Assembly: GCF_018350175.1 (NCBI RefSeq)
Contig: NC_058383.1
Location: forward strand, 25,918,001 to 25,982,000
Origin: Felis catus
Lineage: Eukaryota
Direction: 5' to 3'
DNA: 64,000 nt
The notes below the pieces were generated by a model that was not told the origin of the DNA, searched no databases, and saw only the letters and a program-made list of their open reading frames with translations. The position numbers and the translations under genes are program-made. Within the stretch, counting starts at the first letter, position 1; each line of letters starts with the position of its first letter. Below are positions 1 through 13,374 of this stretch, piece by piece.

Positions 1-1182
1 CATGCCGAGGATGACTCTCCAACCCACCCAGGGAGCCCATCCAAACCAAAGGCACCACGTAGTGGATCACAAAACGTGGCTTTATCCTGTGAGGTCAGGT
101 GGGAGATGGGAGTGGAGGGCAGACCATGACCGAAAACATCAACCCACTGGTGTCAAAGAAGCCCTCAGGTTAGTCACTGAAGCTTCCCAATTGTGGGCAC
201 TGCAAATGCTCTGTCAGCAGTGAGAGGCACGGCCTTGAGTCGGACAGATGAGGGGCTGAGTGCTGGCCACGGAGCCCTGGGGGCTCACTCGGGAAAGCAG
301 GCACCAGCCCCAGGCCTGCCTCATGTGGCCGTCAGGAGGTTGAAATGAGAGTGTGTGCCAAGAGCTCGCCACATAAAAATGCTCCATAAATGGAGCTCTT
401 ATACTCTTTGTGTTTCGGCCTGATGGATGGATACCTCCTGTCCCGGACAGTGACAAGCGCATCCTGTAGCAAATATGTGCGACCTCCAACACTCTGCCTG
501 AGGGCTTTCTTTTGGGTCAAGTGGAGAACAGGGCAGGGTGCAGCTGATGACCCAGAAGCAGCCCTCAGTCAATGGCCGAATAAAGAGTAAATAACCCAAT
601 TCTCCTGGCAAGGCAGTGCCGAGGCCGTTCGACACCCGTCCCAGAGGTCCCCAGGGGGAACATACCTCAGCCGCCCAGAGCAGTAACCTGCCCAGAAGCA
701 CACCTTTTGTTGGCTTCCTTCCCTTCCTTGTCTCAGCGCCCCCATCACTCTACGGACACTCTCGGGGAACGCCTCCCAAATAAACCAGTTGGCTCCTATA
801 CCTAGTACAGGAATGGGTCTTGAGCACAATTTTTATCACTAAAAGTAACCTGTGGAGAGTATTCTTTCCATACTTATTAGATTCTATGTGTAGGTCTCTG
901 GGTTTCAAACAAACAAACATCAACAAAAAATAAACAGGAATCTATTGTGAGGAAGTAGTTCTAACCTGTAACATTCTCTACGTGCACTTATCCTGAGCTG
1001 CCTGACCTGGCCTGTGTGAGACAGATTTCAGAAGGTCCTTACAGGCAAATAGCTTCCCTCTGTAATCTGTCTGATTCTATAAAGGTGTGTATGTCCCATG
1101 TGCTTCCTGCTAAAGAAACAGATTTAAAACTCATCAGGTATTGATCAGTTATTTTTTTCTTTCCTTAAAAGAATCTCTCTTT

Positions 1183-1229
1183 ACACACACACATACACAC
1201 ACACACACACGCACGCACGCACGCATACA
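1183..1229. repeat. Compound (CA)n/(CACG)n microsatellite
   Basis: Direct reading. Confidence 0.95.
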
Positions 1230-1292
1230 CAGAGCTGAGCCAGCTTTCCTAAGCAGCCAGGAAATGCTCAGAGGTGAGAATGACAGGCTTAC

Positions 1293-1407
1293 CTTGGGAA
1301 AGGCACTGGTTGGCCAAGGCAACCTGACCAGAATGCAGGTAGAGGTTGAGGCGCGTGAAGATGCCCACCAGGGAGGGAATGGTAATGAAGCAGTAGGCAA
1401 CACAGGC
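1293..1407 (-). CDS. VPS35L: VPS35L coding exon (~exon 26), 115 nt
   Basis: tctag|GCC...CAA G|gtaagc; [38 protein letters not shown]. Confidence 0.97.
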
Positions 1408-2244
1408 CTAGAAGGAGGGGAAGAAACACCACAGGTTACATCAGCAGTACCGTCACGGCAGACTGGTCCTCCTGTTCTCATCCGTCACGTATTTTCAAGC
1501 AAAAACACTTAATTAGTCTCCTCATTCTGAGCCCCAACTTTCCCCTCTCGAGTCTGCGACATACACTCCAGATGTGTCTGTGGGAGGAGGGGGAGGGGCA
1601 AGTGAGGAGAGTAAGGGTGTAAGAAAAATAAATCCTCATCCATCATCGAAGGAAAAAGATAACACCCGACGTTGAATAAGAAGCAGAATCTGAAACCAAT
1701 TACTTAAAAATATGGAGGTAATTACAAGAAGAAATTGCTCAAAGAGGGTTTGAGGTGGTTGTCTCTGAGGAAAGAGGTATGAGGTCAGGGTGGGATGGTA
1801 TACTTTTTTTCTTGCTGCCTTCTTTTTGGTCCAACTCCATTTTTTTAAAAACACAGATATGTATTACTTTGATAAAAATTTTGAGCAGCACACTCAAGAA
1901 GGTGGATTTTTTTTTCACAGTTGAGAACTTTTCAAGGGGGATGAAGGTAGTAGACCTTCCAGTTACAAGCATAAGCAGGAGATAATTCGGCTGGCACAAA
2001 ACTGCAATCCATCGTTCAACCACTCCTCCATAACACATATCCAAGGTGAGACATCTTTGATCATTTCTTTTGAAAATAGTAAGAAAATTGGTGAGTCAGT
2101 AGATACTCAAGGAAAAGTTCAACTGGAAAATCGATACTGAACCACCCTTAGGACACACTTGTCTTCTGGGAAGAGCAATTTAGAAACTTACAAATCAAAC
2201 AACTCATTAGGGTTCAAAGTCTGAGTCTTCTCTCTAGAACATAC

Positions 2245-2322
2245 CCGCACAAATGCAGCCGTCTTTCTGGAATGATTTCCTTTCATTACTTTTCTTGTTT
2301 CCATTGCCAACCGGTTTACACT
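2245..2322 (-). CDS. VPS35L: VPS35L coding exon (~exon 25), 78 nt
   Basis: cccag|AGT...CGG|gtatgt; [26 protein letters not shown]. Confidence 0.97.
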
Positions 2323-2994
2323 CTGGGTTTATTAATTAAAAAACAAAACAGAAATGGTTATGAAATGATAGCTGGCTCAGATTCATGTCTCCCATAGAGA
2401 TCTGGATATTAACTGCATACAAGTCAGTAAGAACATGCTATCTGGGGCCCAGACTGGCTAATGCTGAACCCTGAAATGCCAGAGGGGCCATCAGGCCTGA
2501 TTCCCCCTCGGCTTGAGCAAACATCTCCAAGACGGTAAGAACAAAAGGCACTCCTGCCTATCAGTCGGCACTGGGAATGGCCATTTTCTGGTTTAATGAA
2601 TAGCCAGGGTTCACTTCATTTCCAGAAATCCCACACACGAAGCTTGAGATCTTAGAGATCCTAAAAGAAATCTCCAAATCTGCGAGCAAACACACAAGTC
2701 AGCGATGCAACAGTAACATGAACCGTAAGAACAGAAGTAATAGCTCCCACATTGAACTTAGAGGACACAGGTGCTGGGTGCTGTTCTAAGAGCCGTACCC
2801 TCATTAGGTCACTTAACCCCCCAACCCTACAAGGTGAGCACTATTACCTCCCACTAAATTCCAGATGAGGTCTCTACCTTTAGAACTTAAGTTCACATAC
2901 CCTGATAACCAGCAACCAAATAAAAAGGTTACTCTCCTTGAGTTTATGTGAAGCAATTAAAGAGCCTTGAGGAATCTTTCCACAAATTGAGAAG

Positions 2995-3550
2995 TTCAGT
3001 CCTATGGTTCCCAAGCTGTGTGGTGTGACATCCTCGCGGGCTGTAGCAAACTCACGGGGGTAGTGCGATTATTTTAGGGCAACAGAGCAATGTTCAATTT
3101 TTGAACACTGTGTCAAGAACGGGTTATGAGGTGGCCCACAGATTCAACACTGGACCGCACTGTTGCATACAGCGACATTCTATCTTTGTGAAATGGGTTT
3201 TCAGCAGCTGCTCTGATCAAAAGCAAGTAGTGTGCAAAAATCAATGTGGAAAAAAAAATCAATGTGGAACAAGAAACAAGGGTAGTGATGCCAACCCAAT
3301 TCTAAGGTTTGAGAAGCTGTGCAGTGCCCAGTAGACACACACACTTAAGTAATTGCGATTATTTAAGAATAAAGATATGTTATTTCTCTTTCAATTTACA
3401 TATGGTGTTATTTCAAAGAGCTATCCAGTTGTTAGGGTATAAATACTCAAACTGTTTGAGTCTAACTGTCTAATAAACAGAACCATTATTTCTTTCTTTT
3501 GGCCTGGGGGCCCCATGAAAAGCTACCATAATCTAACAATGTTGGGACTC
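2995..3550. mobile_element. hAT-Charlie-type DNA transposon fossil
   Basis: Resembles the Charlie 3' region (aatcaatgtggaacaagaa...aggtttgagaagctgtgcagtgccca); subfamily uncertain. Confidence 0.55.
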
Positions 3551-3848
3551 TGGTTAAGCTACAAGGACCACAGGTTAGTTATTTCTATAAGTAACTAATC
3601 ATGTAACTCACTTTGCCACTGGCATATGGGAATGAGAATATGCTAAGTTCAGAGCAAAAGAGGTCAGTAAAAACCATCCAAAGACTTAAGCAAAATTGCA
3701 GACTGGATTAATCTTTGAAAAACCACCTTTTACGCCCTAAAGAAGAGGAGTGTTATGGGGCCACAAGAATCCCAGGTTAAACTCCAGGCCTGGCATATAA
3801 ACAATAAATATTGATTGAGAAAACAAACGAATACATGAAAACCCTTAC

Positions 3849-3947
3849 GTGAATCAACTGCACAAGAACAGGTTCCAGGTTGCAAAACATTGACCTAGCC
3901 TCAACGTAAAAACTTAGTTGCTGTTCAAAATCACGGCCAAAGGACAC
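3849..3947 (-). CDS. VPS35L: VPS35L coding exon (~exon 24), 99 nt
   Basis: tctag|GTG...CAC|gtaagg; [33 protein letters not shown]. Confidence 0.97.
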
Positions 3948-4026
3948 CTAGAAGCAAGGAAAACGATGCTGAGAGTGTTATCTCTAGGCAACTGTAAGCA
4001 CATAGCATGGAAAAGAGTTTACCTGA

Positions 4027-4242
4027 GGGGCGCCTGGGTGGCTCAGTCTGTTAAGCATTTGACTGCAGCTCAGGTCACGATCTTGCCATTCTTGAGTTCA
4101 AGCCCAGCATTAGGCTCAGAGCCTGGAGCCTGCTTCAGATTCTGTGTCTACCTCTCTCTCCTCCCCTCCCTTGCTCACGCTCTGTCTCTCTCAAAAATAA
4201 ATCAATGCTAAAAAAAATTTTTTTAATAATAATAAAAAAAAA
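4027..4242 (+). mobile_element. CAN-SINE (SINEC_Fc type)
   Basis: ggggcgcctgggtggctcag head, (CT)n, A-rich tail, near-TSD aaaagagttt. Confidence 0.95.
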
Positions 4243-5329
4243 AGAGTTTTCCCTGAGCGTTGTGTGGGAGGGAAAGTGCTGAGATGAGAAGTCATCAAAA
4301 TTCCCGCCAACAGCAATGAATAGGTGGAAACGTCAGGGGTACACAAACACACACGAGCACGCTGGAATCTACTCCAATTAGACTTTACATTACTTTGCCC
4401 AGTGTGTAACTGAAATATTACCATTACCACCTCATCTTTATGACATGAGCACTGGACTAGAAAATAAAAAGACCAAAGGGTTCAGAGCAGAATCTCAGAA
4501 TGTAAATAGAGTTTCCCAGGCTAGATGGAAACCACTGGAAAGGAAATAATGGAATTGTGTTTGTTGGCTATGGCCTTTTCACGGAACATCAATTTGGTTA
4601 TTGAGCACCATTTGTCAGAGGGTTTTCCCTAATAAGAGCCACACCTTTCTGCCTCCTGATGGGGAATCCGGCCTCAGCAACTTACTGGTGGCTGCTGGAG
4701 CCATAGATGGAAGTTTCTCCATCAATAAAAATCCCCTTTCCCCCCATTTCTTCCAATTTATGAACAGCTGGTTAGTAGGATAAACTTTACTGTTACAGCA
4801 ATCATTTTTGTCCAGAGGGGGTTTAACATTGCTATTTTCATTATAGCTATCAGGTTTCACATCTTATTTCCTCATATTCTCCACTATAACTTGGTGGCTT
4901 TCAGACAAAGCCATAAAAGGCTAAAATGCCACCTGATCAGCGTATAAGTCAAGGGCAAGGAGAGTCACCTGGTAAAAGGTGCATTTCCTAACATGGGAAT
5001 TGAAAGGCTGATTCTGATTTTGCATCGAAATGGATTTTATCTACAGAGTCAGTTGAACAATTCGCACTGACCCTCTTGTTGAACCAGTCACATGTTCAAG
5101 GTTATTTTCACAGGGATCTGGTGATTTTCATCTTGGTCAGCTTTTGTCTTGACATTCGTATGAGAAGAGGATACTGGCAGCAGTTGGTATTTTAGCTTTG
5201 CGCACCCAGGATTAAAGCAAAGGTGGTTCTGGCTAGGGTGGTGTGGTGGGTCATTCCCAAAGAAGGCTGAACAATCGCTCCCACACGGCTTGTGGTTTTG
5301 CAGGGTCCCCGTGGACTCTTCCCTCCCCT

Positions 5330-6260
5330 CCAAGGCGATAACCCTGTGACCCCTCTGACCAAGAGAACAAAGCAGGAGGCAGCACCGGTCACGGTGCAAT
5401 TTCTTAACTTTGGTCTTAAAAAGCCTGTGGCTTCCCTCTGTGCCTGCACCACGTAAGAGAGCTCAGCAGAGACAGCTGGACAATGGCAGAAGAGCAGAGA
5501 GTAAGAGGCCACACGGATGAGAAATGAGTCCCCAACGGCAAGACCCTATACAAGTGAGCAAGGCCGTGTGGATCCTCCGTGGCCCCAATCCTGCTACACA
5601 GAGCAGCCTGGCCACACATTCAACCCACAGGTTCGTTATGAATGAATAAAACACCAATATTTAAAGCTGCTAAGTTTTGGGGTGAGTTGTTATGCACCAA
5701 CAGGTAACTAAAACAATGGGAGAGCAGGTGCTTGGCATTGTGTCCACACCCATCCCCCGCCCAAATCATTTTTTACCATCACCTGATGAGCAGCACATCG
5801 GGGGCTTCAGGGAGCCCCTCGTCCCCACTCCCGGTCCACGTGATTTGGGCTGCCCAGGCGTATGCATGTCTCCCGGGCCTGGCCAGTCCGTGTGCTCATT
5901 CCCCCTCACTGCAGCAATTCGTGCAGGGATGAGCCAGTGACCCAAATCAATCTAGAGACTCAGTCCCAGGACTTCTGCTGGAACCCTTCCTGCTGGGCTG
6001 CAGCGCTGGAAGGAATGGAAACCTAGAGCCCCTGAGGGGAGTGAGCCTGCCTGGGAGGACATCCCGAGAGCAGAACCATGGGCCAAAGACACACAGACGG
6101 CAGGTCCTGACGACACCACAGAGACACCCGTGTCCAGCTGCTCCATTCCTGGACTTCGTGTCACATGAGCCAATAAGTCCCCCACCCCACCCTCCCCTTT
6201 ATTTTTTCCTTAAGCCAGTTTGTCTTGGCTCTCTTTGCCCCCAGGGGAGTGCTGGCTAAT
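5330..6260 (+). mobile_element. MLT1/MaLR LTR fragments
   Basis: MLT1-like 3' ends (tttaaagctgctaagttttggggtgagttgttatgcacc; ttttccttaagccagtttg). Confidence 0.55.
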
Positions 6261-6400
6261 GTAAGATGTTTTCTAATTTCATCTTATCTTAATAAAAATG
6301 AAAAGCACCAGGGAACATAATGTTAACTGCTTTCCCCGGAGTAAGAGTAAACAATTACATCACATTCCAAGCACACTGCAACTTTTTCCCCAAGACTTAC

Positions 6401-6464
6401 CATTTTTATAAATCCATTAATCAAATATGCCAGCATTCTTTTCTCATCCTCAAGAGTGAGTGCA
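6401..6464 (-). CDS. VPS35L: VPS35L coding exon (~exon 23), 64 nt
   Basis: tttag|T GCA...ATG|gtaagt; [21 protein letters not shown]. Confidence 0.96.
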
Positions 6465-7068
6465 CTAAAATCAATAATTGTACATAATTAACATCGAGGT
6501 AATAAATGCAAGTTTCTAAAGGATACAGAAGAAGCAAACAATTTAACAGGTAAGAACACTGTGCATTTTTTAGATTTAAAAAACTCCCAACAGGCTGTGT
6601 TTCTTTTGGTGAAAATATATAATCTAAATGAAGATAATTTAAATGTGTGTTTCTCATCTGTCTCAAAGACGGTGTTTCCAAGAAAGGTTCACTTTCTTTC
6701 CCTTGGAATTTGGACAGCAAGGTCCAACTTCAAACTTTATATTTCAGAGGAGTTTAGTTCAAGAGTTTGTCGTAAAAAATTTCAAACATGCATCAAAGTC
6801 AAAAGACATTTACAGCAAATATCCATACATCCAGCACCCAGATCCCACAATTATCCTTTTACAGTATCTGCTCTATCACATAACTATCCCCTTCCCTCTC
6901 CATCCATCAATCCAGCTCACTCTGGGGAGACATCTTAAAGTACATTACAGATGGCAACTACCTCTATTTAATAGCAATATTAATACTAATATAAATAAGA
7001 AAATGCCATGTCCTTAGTTTTCATTACACATGTGAAGGCCTCTTAACAGTTCCCCAAGTTTATTTTTA

Positions 7069-7308
7069 TTTTATTTTATTTATTTATTTATTTTAAATTT
7101 TTTTTTTCAACGTTTATTTATTTTTGGGACAGAGAGAGACAGAGCATGAACGGGGGAGGGGCAGTGAGAGAGGGAGACACAGAATCGGAAACAGGCTCCA
7201 GGCACTGAGCCATCAGCCCAGAGCCCGACGCGGGGCTCGAACTCACGGACCGCGAGATCGTGACCTGGCTGAAGTCGGGCGCTTACCGACTGCACCACCC
7301 AGGTGCCC
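7069..7308 (-). mobile_element. Young CAN-SINE (SINEC_Fc)
   Basis: CpG-rich body, TSD ccccaagtttattttta. Confidence 0.96.
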
Positions 7309-8649
7309 CCCCAAGTTTATTTTTAAAGAAAACTTAAGAGCCTACAGCAAACAGGAGCCAAGTTTCTTGTGTATTGGTTCGTTCTAGGGGAAAGTACTGG
7401 CAAAGACTGCTTACCACTCGCTAACAAAGCAATGTCCCTTTCATTCTTTGAGATTCCCATTTCCCAGCCTCCTTTGTAGCTGGGTGTGACCATATGACAG
7501 TTCTGGCCAATGGGATGGAAGTACAAGTGGGGTGAGCCTTCCAAGCTTCCTCCTAGAAAGAAAACTACTGTCCATCAATGCCCATGGGCTATACATGCCC
7601 ATGGTGGAGGTAAGCCAGCTGCCCCCAGGAAGACAAGGACAACATCCCCGAGGGATAGCAGAGCAACGAGACAGCAGGGACCTGGCTGGTGCTTTAAAGC
7701 AGACCTACCTACCCCAACCTTCTGGTCTCACACCTTTAGCAAGAGAGAAATAAACCTGCCATGTTACTGAAGCTAAAACCCAGGATCCTACCAATAAGAG
7801 TGCCTTTCTGGATGTGTTTTGTGCCTTTATTTCTATTTTTGCTCAACTAAAAATTTCATTGGTTCCATTTATTATGAAAAGTCTTGATATTTTTACTTTT
7901 AGAACTCTTCCTGAGGTTGCAAACACAAAGCCATGAAAACAAAGATTCCAAAATTCAGAAGAAAAAAAAAGAAATACAATTCATCTTGTTGATGGTTAAG
8001 TTCCAAAACCATTTTCTCAATTCTTAGAACATTTTCCACTGAATCAAGCTGCTGTGCTTTAAAAATTCTTTGGGGACTAAAATTTAAGCCACAAATAAGC
8101 AGGAACTGCTTCAACACAACCAAGTGGAAACACGTAAGGAAAAAAACAACTAGAAAGCAAAGGAGTCATAATTTGGCCTTTGACCCAAAAGGTAAGGCCA
8201 ATGGATGGACAGGACTGGGCCTCAAGTCTGCCAAACAACTAGAGCCCTTCATGTAAGGAATATATGCCATTTCATTTGAATTTCAAATAGCTGGCTAATA
8301 ATGAGAGAAATCTGAAGCTTAGGTTACTGGATGAGTGAACTCATTACTCCCCTATCTGCTGCTCTCAAGTCTCCAGGAGACATGGAGTTTGAGTTCACTT
8401 GGATGAAACCAGTCTTTTTCTCTCAACAGAAATCCCTTTGTAAAAACATCTGCCATCTCATGTTTGCAGGAAGGTTACCCTCACTCTCTCTTCTTCTGGG
8501 CTGGAATGTCCTCATTAGCAAGAATTTTAATAGACACCACAAAATGATATTATTCACAGTGGCAGCTTAAAGCAGTAATTCCCCAATGTACTATTTACGT
8601 GGTATTAAGACCCAATCCATGTTATGTTTCAGCCTTTAGCGTGGCTTAC

Positions 8650-8730
8650 TTCACAGAGTCATGCATGGTCTTGCAAACGTGCAAAAGGGCGTTCAGAATG
8701 ACGGGGTCCTTTGTGGGCTCCTGCTGATGC
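8650..8730 (-). CDS. VPS35L: VPS35L coding exon (~exon 22), 81 nt
   Basis: tgtag|G CAT...GTG AA|gtaagc; [26 protein letters not shown](N). Confidence 0.97.
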
Positions 8731-9417
8731 CTACAAGACATTTAAAGACAATGGTAAAAGCGATGTCCACCCACAGCAATGAAAATATGGATGAGTTTCT
8801 CATCTGCACATATCTGAAAAACAGCAAATTACCCAGCTGGCACTGAACATGGAATGGGCAATATCCTGTTTTTCTCTTAACTCCTCTTTCAATAACAAGT
8901 TTGCTTTTCTACACATATTCTAACTTCTCCTAAAATTATGGTAAATCCTACAAAACTGCTGCAATTCCTAAGCCAGGCAAAGGGCAAACCTGTTTGTTTT
9001 TTTACTACATTTCTTGAACCCTCTAAAGCAGTCTACAACCTGTCTATAACTGTGTTGAGTGCCAGGCAAAATTATTAATTTGGCTTTTCAAATAATATAG
9101 AAGGACAAGGTCTTATAACAAGTCCTTATGTGGGGAAAGTAGGTATATTTGTTCCAAGCATATGGAATTAATCTTTTAGGAAGACAATGTAAGGAAAGCT
9201 TAAAACATACATTATTCAAGCAACATCTAACTCTGTTTTCCAAACTGAGGTTCTTTGGGTACCATGTTAATACATTTTATTTTGTCATATCTATATATTA
9301 ATCTTTAGAGCAACTTTAACTTTTTAAATTTAACCTTGTCCCAACAGAATACATGAAAACACCAATTAAACTTATTATCTAATATACCTTAAATTAAATA
9401 CACAATCTTTATGTATT

Positions 9418-9665
9418 TCTTTAAGTTTATTTATTTTGAGAGAGAAAGGGAGAGAGGGAGAGGGAGAGGGAGAGGGAGAGGGAGAGGGAGAGGGAGAGGG
9501 AGACAATGAGCAGGGGACGGGGCGGAGAGAGGGAGAGAGCGAGAAAATCCCAAGCAGTCAGTGTGGCGCCTGATGAGGGGCTCAAACTCACGAACTCCAA
9601 GATTATGACCTGAGTTCAAGTCAAGAGTCGGATGCTTAACCAAAACTGAGCCACCCAGGGACCCC
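9418..9665 (-). mobile_element. CAN-SINE with internal (GGGAGA)8 expansion
   Basis: SINE head ends at 9665; hexamer array 9456-9503. Confidence 0.93.
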
Positions 9666-10180
9666 TAAATTTACAACTTTTAAAATCAAAACCAAAATCT
9701 CTCCTCCATGTGCCACCTAAAATAATTTTATGTTCCACCAGCAATATGACAGTTGGGGGAAACACAGATTTAGTCAACAAAAGGAAAGCAACTAAATAGG
9801 AAAACTGATCACAAATCTAAACATTGAAGATGGAAAGCTCTCTAGTCCTGAGACCTTGACGAGTATGACTTGATTTTTATCTTTTAAAATGTTACTCCGT
9901 AAGGAGTTCATTAACAGAATGCTCCTTGCAAATGCATATCAGAGTACAACGTAGGTGATGGCCGGGCTCCAGCTAATACTTACTACTCTGTCTTCTTAAG
10001 CACTAATTACAAACTTCTATCATGACTGTTCCTTTTATGTGGTTGTCCCTTCAATGTTATTTTGGATGTTAAATACATCCATATCATTAGGCTTCAAAAG
10101 TACACAAACCAATTTCTTATCAACAGGTGTCACAAGGTCATCGGGAATCCCAGCTCCCGGTTATGCCGTGTTACACTTAC

Positions 10181-10266
10181 TTGATAAAAACTTCCATGAT
10201 GCATTTGCAAACCTCCACCCGCACACTCTCTTTTTGGAACATGTCCAGAAATGGCAAAAATTTTTC
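10181..10266 (-). CDS. VPS35L: VPS35L coding exon (~exon 21), 86 nt
   Basis: tttag|GAA...ATC AA|gtaagt; EKFLPFLDMFQKESVRVEVCKCIMEVFI(K). Confidence 0.97.
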
Positions 10267-10599
10267 CTAAAAATAAAAAAAAAGCACTCTACATGCAATT
10301 TACGCAAGTTACTGGAAGGAATTTGTGGGTCATATTTTCCTCGAAGGTCAAAGCCGAGAAAGAGTTGTTCATCTCTCTAAGGCAGCTCAGAAGAGGACTC
10401 CCCTGAAAGCAGGGAGAGGGCCTACTACTATTAAAACCACTTACATGCTCCCAGGGGTCAGGGCTGGGACAGTTAACATTTTGGGAACCATCCGGCAATC
10501 TTTAGAGGACCATGGACTTTTCCAGAAAAAACAAAGTGGGCTTCAGTCTTTTTTACAATTGTACTGACCAGAGGAAGAAGAGTCAGTTATTCAGAGTGA

Positions 10600-10790
10600 C
10601 CTCCACATCCCGACTGTGCATTTACTAACTGAGCAACCTCACTCACATTACCCCACCTCCTCCAGCATCCGTTTTCCCATCTGTAAAGTGGGAATCCTAA
10701 GTGCTCCTACTTCCAGCAGTGCTGTGAAAACGGTACGAGACAATGCATGCCAAGGTCCAGCACGGTGCTTGAAGAATATGGCAAATGTCC
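10600..10790. mobile_element. MIR fragment
   Basis: MIR core (gttttcccatctgtaaagtgggaat). Confidence 0.7.
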
Positions 10791-11379
10791 AAAAAATAAC
10801 AAGTTCTATTTTTAATTAAAACACACACACACTCCTGTGAGTGCACATGAATGGAGCCAGAAGAGGGGGGAGTGGAAGGGAAGCGGATCCCCTAGGTTTG
10901 TACTCGCCCAGGGCACCAGAGCCAACTTGAAGGGGCATCATAGGATATTTGAAAGTTTGAAGGAAACAGAAAAATCTCAATTCTGTCAGACACTGAGACA
11001 ACTATTATTTCAACACCATTTCATAGTTTCGATGTTAGACTGCACGTGTGACATAAGGTCACCTGTGAAAATCAATGTGGAAGAGGAGAGGAGGAAGAGG
11101 ATGTCCAGTCTGACTCCAATGTTTGAGAGGCTGTGTGGTGCTCAAGACAGGCACACATCCCATTAGTGAGTCATGAAAGAAATACAGATGATATTTTTCT
11201 TTCAGTCTGTGTACTCATTTTTCAGACGCTGATTAGGTTGTTATGCCATAAATACTAAGGTTGTTTAGACCTAACTACTTTATAAAAGGAACCATTAAGT
11301 ATTTCTTTTGGCCCGGGACACCAAGCGAACCTCTGACTCAGAAACAGATTTCCAAAGGTAATTAAGGCACGTTACTTAC

Positions 11380-11442
11380 CACTGAGAAGAGAACGGAGAA
11401 ATCATGGAAGTGGGCAATCACTTTCTTAATTATCGACTGAAG
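11380..11442 (-). CDS. VPS35L: VPS35L coding exon (~exon 20), 63 nt
   Basis: tgcag|CTT...GTG|gtaagt; LQSIIKKVIAHFHDFSVLFSV. Confidence 0.96.
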
Positions 11443-11496
11443 CTGCAAAATCACACAGGAAACACATTTTATTTAATAGAACTTGGGTATTTTTAG

Positions 11497-11718
11497 TTTT
11501 CTTTTTAATTTTTAAGTGCTTATTTATTTGTGAGAGAGAGAGAGATAGAGTGTGAGCAGGGGAGGGGCAGAGAGAGAGGGAGACACAGAATCCGAAGCAG
11601 ATTCCAGGCTCTGAGCTGTCAGCACACAGCCGGACATGGGGGCTCGAACTCACGAACCGTGAGATCATGACCTGACCCAAAGTCAGACGCTTAACCGACT
11701 GAGCCACCCAGGCACCCC
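11497..11718 (-). mobile_element. CAN-SINE
   Basis: Full head, CT tract and tail; degenerate TSD agaactt..tattttta. Confidence 0.95.
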
Positions 11719-12009
11719 AGAACTTAGATATTTTTAAAAGGCAACCTTCTTTCATTATTTGAAATTACAAGCACAATAAGGGAAACCTGGATCACTCAGG
11801 AAAGGGGAATTATTAGGGTGGGTTAGGCCCTGTATTAGTCTGCAGTCTTGCGGAAGCCACTGCTCAGACTCATCATCGTCTTCTGTAAGATGGAGAGCAA
11901 AGCAGTGTCTTGCTCACCGTCAGGATTAATGGGACAGTTCACGTAAGAGCCTTAGAGCAGTGTCATGTGTATCCTCGGGAAGCTCTCCATTCAACGCAGC
12001 TATGAATAT

Positions 12010-12205
12010 GCAAGGGGTGGGCAAACTTCTTCTTCAAAGGGCCACAGAGTCATCACAACTGCTCAGCTCAGCTATGGAAGCTCAAACGCAGCCCCAGAGA
12101 ACATGTGAACGAGTGGGTGTGGCTGGTTCCAATAAAACTTTATTCACAAAAACAACTGATGGGCTACATGTGGCCGATGGGTCAGCTTACAGACCCCTGT
12201 TCTAG
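12010..12205. mobile_element. MER58A-like hAT element
   Basis: caaggggtgggcaaact...ccaataaaactttattcacaaaaaca. Confidence 0.7.
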
Positions 12206-12520
12206 CCCATCATGACCTTGTATTTACTGACTACTTCTGTGGAGACGCAATGAACTGAGTTTGCCAGTGGAGTCAAAGGCCATGTCACTCACTACCCCGG
12301 GATGGTGCACAGTCCGTAAGGTCGGGTCCAAATACCCAGGTACCGATGTCCACCTGCCCTCACCCTGAGATGTACCCAGTCCTGCTGGCAGGGAGAACCA
12401 CAGAGGTGCTTTTTCTAAGGAAAATATAAATCCTTGCCCCTGGCTACTGTCAAGAAGAGAGAATTCACTGACAAGTACTTGTGTTTATACTCAAAACACC
12501 GCTGTTTAAATCATTTCTTT

Positions 12521-12751
12521 TTTTTTTTTAATTTTTTTTTCAACTTTTATTTATTTATTTATTTTTGGGACAGAGAGAGACAGAGCATGAACAGGGGAGG
12601 GGCAGAGAGAGAGGGAGACACAGAATCGGAAACAGGCTCCAGGCTCCGAGCCATCAGCCCAGAGCCTGAAGCAGGGCTCGAACTCACGGACCGCGAGATC
12701 GTGACCTGGCTGAAGTCGGACGCTCAACCGACTGCGCCACCCAGGCGCCCC
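12521..12751 (-). mobile_element. Young CAN-SINE (SINEC_Fc)
   Basis: Exact TSD taaatcatttcttt at 12507-12520 and 12752-12765. Confidence 0.97.
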
Positions 12752-13374
12752 TAAATCATTTCTTTAAGTCACTTAAGACAAGGGGCTCACAACTCATATG
12801 GGCGGCTGTCCCGAATGCAGGCTGATCCTTGGGGTACCTTTTACACGTTGCTTCTAGATATGACAGAGTTGTACGGTGTAATTATTCCTCTCTCTTAGGA
12901 ATGGACTATAGTAAAATTACTGTGTTAAAGTCTTCAATTAAATGGGTCCCTAGGATCAAAGTCTTACCAAAAGCTCCTCAACAAAAATTCTAATGCAACT
13001 CAGGCTTCATCTGCGCCCAAGATCCTGATGACCCACAAGGGATACGAACTTTGCCCTCACATGCTTTATTCACTCAACGATGCTTACCAAGAGCCTGTTG
13101 TGCGCAACTATATATTGCTTTCATCACACCTAGAAAAATGTCAGGTAGTCAGTGCCTACTCAGTAAATTCTAATGATGAACTATTTTAATCTGCAAATGG
13201 TGAAAACATTCTTACCAAAATGTTAGAGAGAATTCTAAACTTCTCACAAGAACATGTAATTAATTATCTTGTATTAAGTTAAGCTAGAAATTGATCACAG
13301 GCAATAAATGCCAGAACATCACATTATTAAATACAAAATCAATTATTAATTAGGTCAAAAGTTACTTTAAATGA

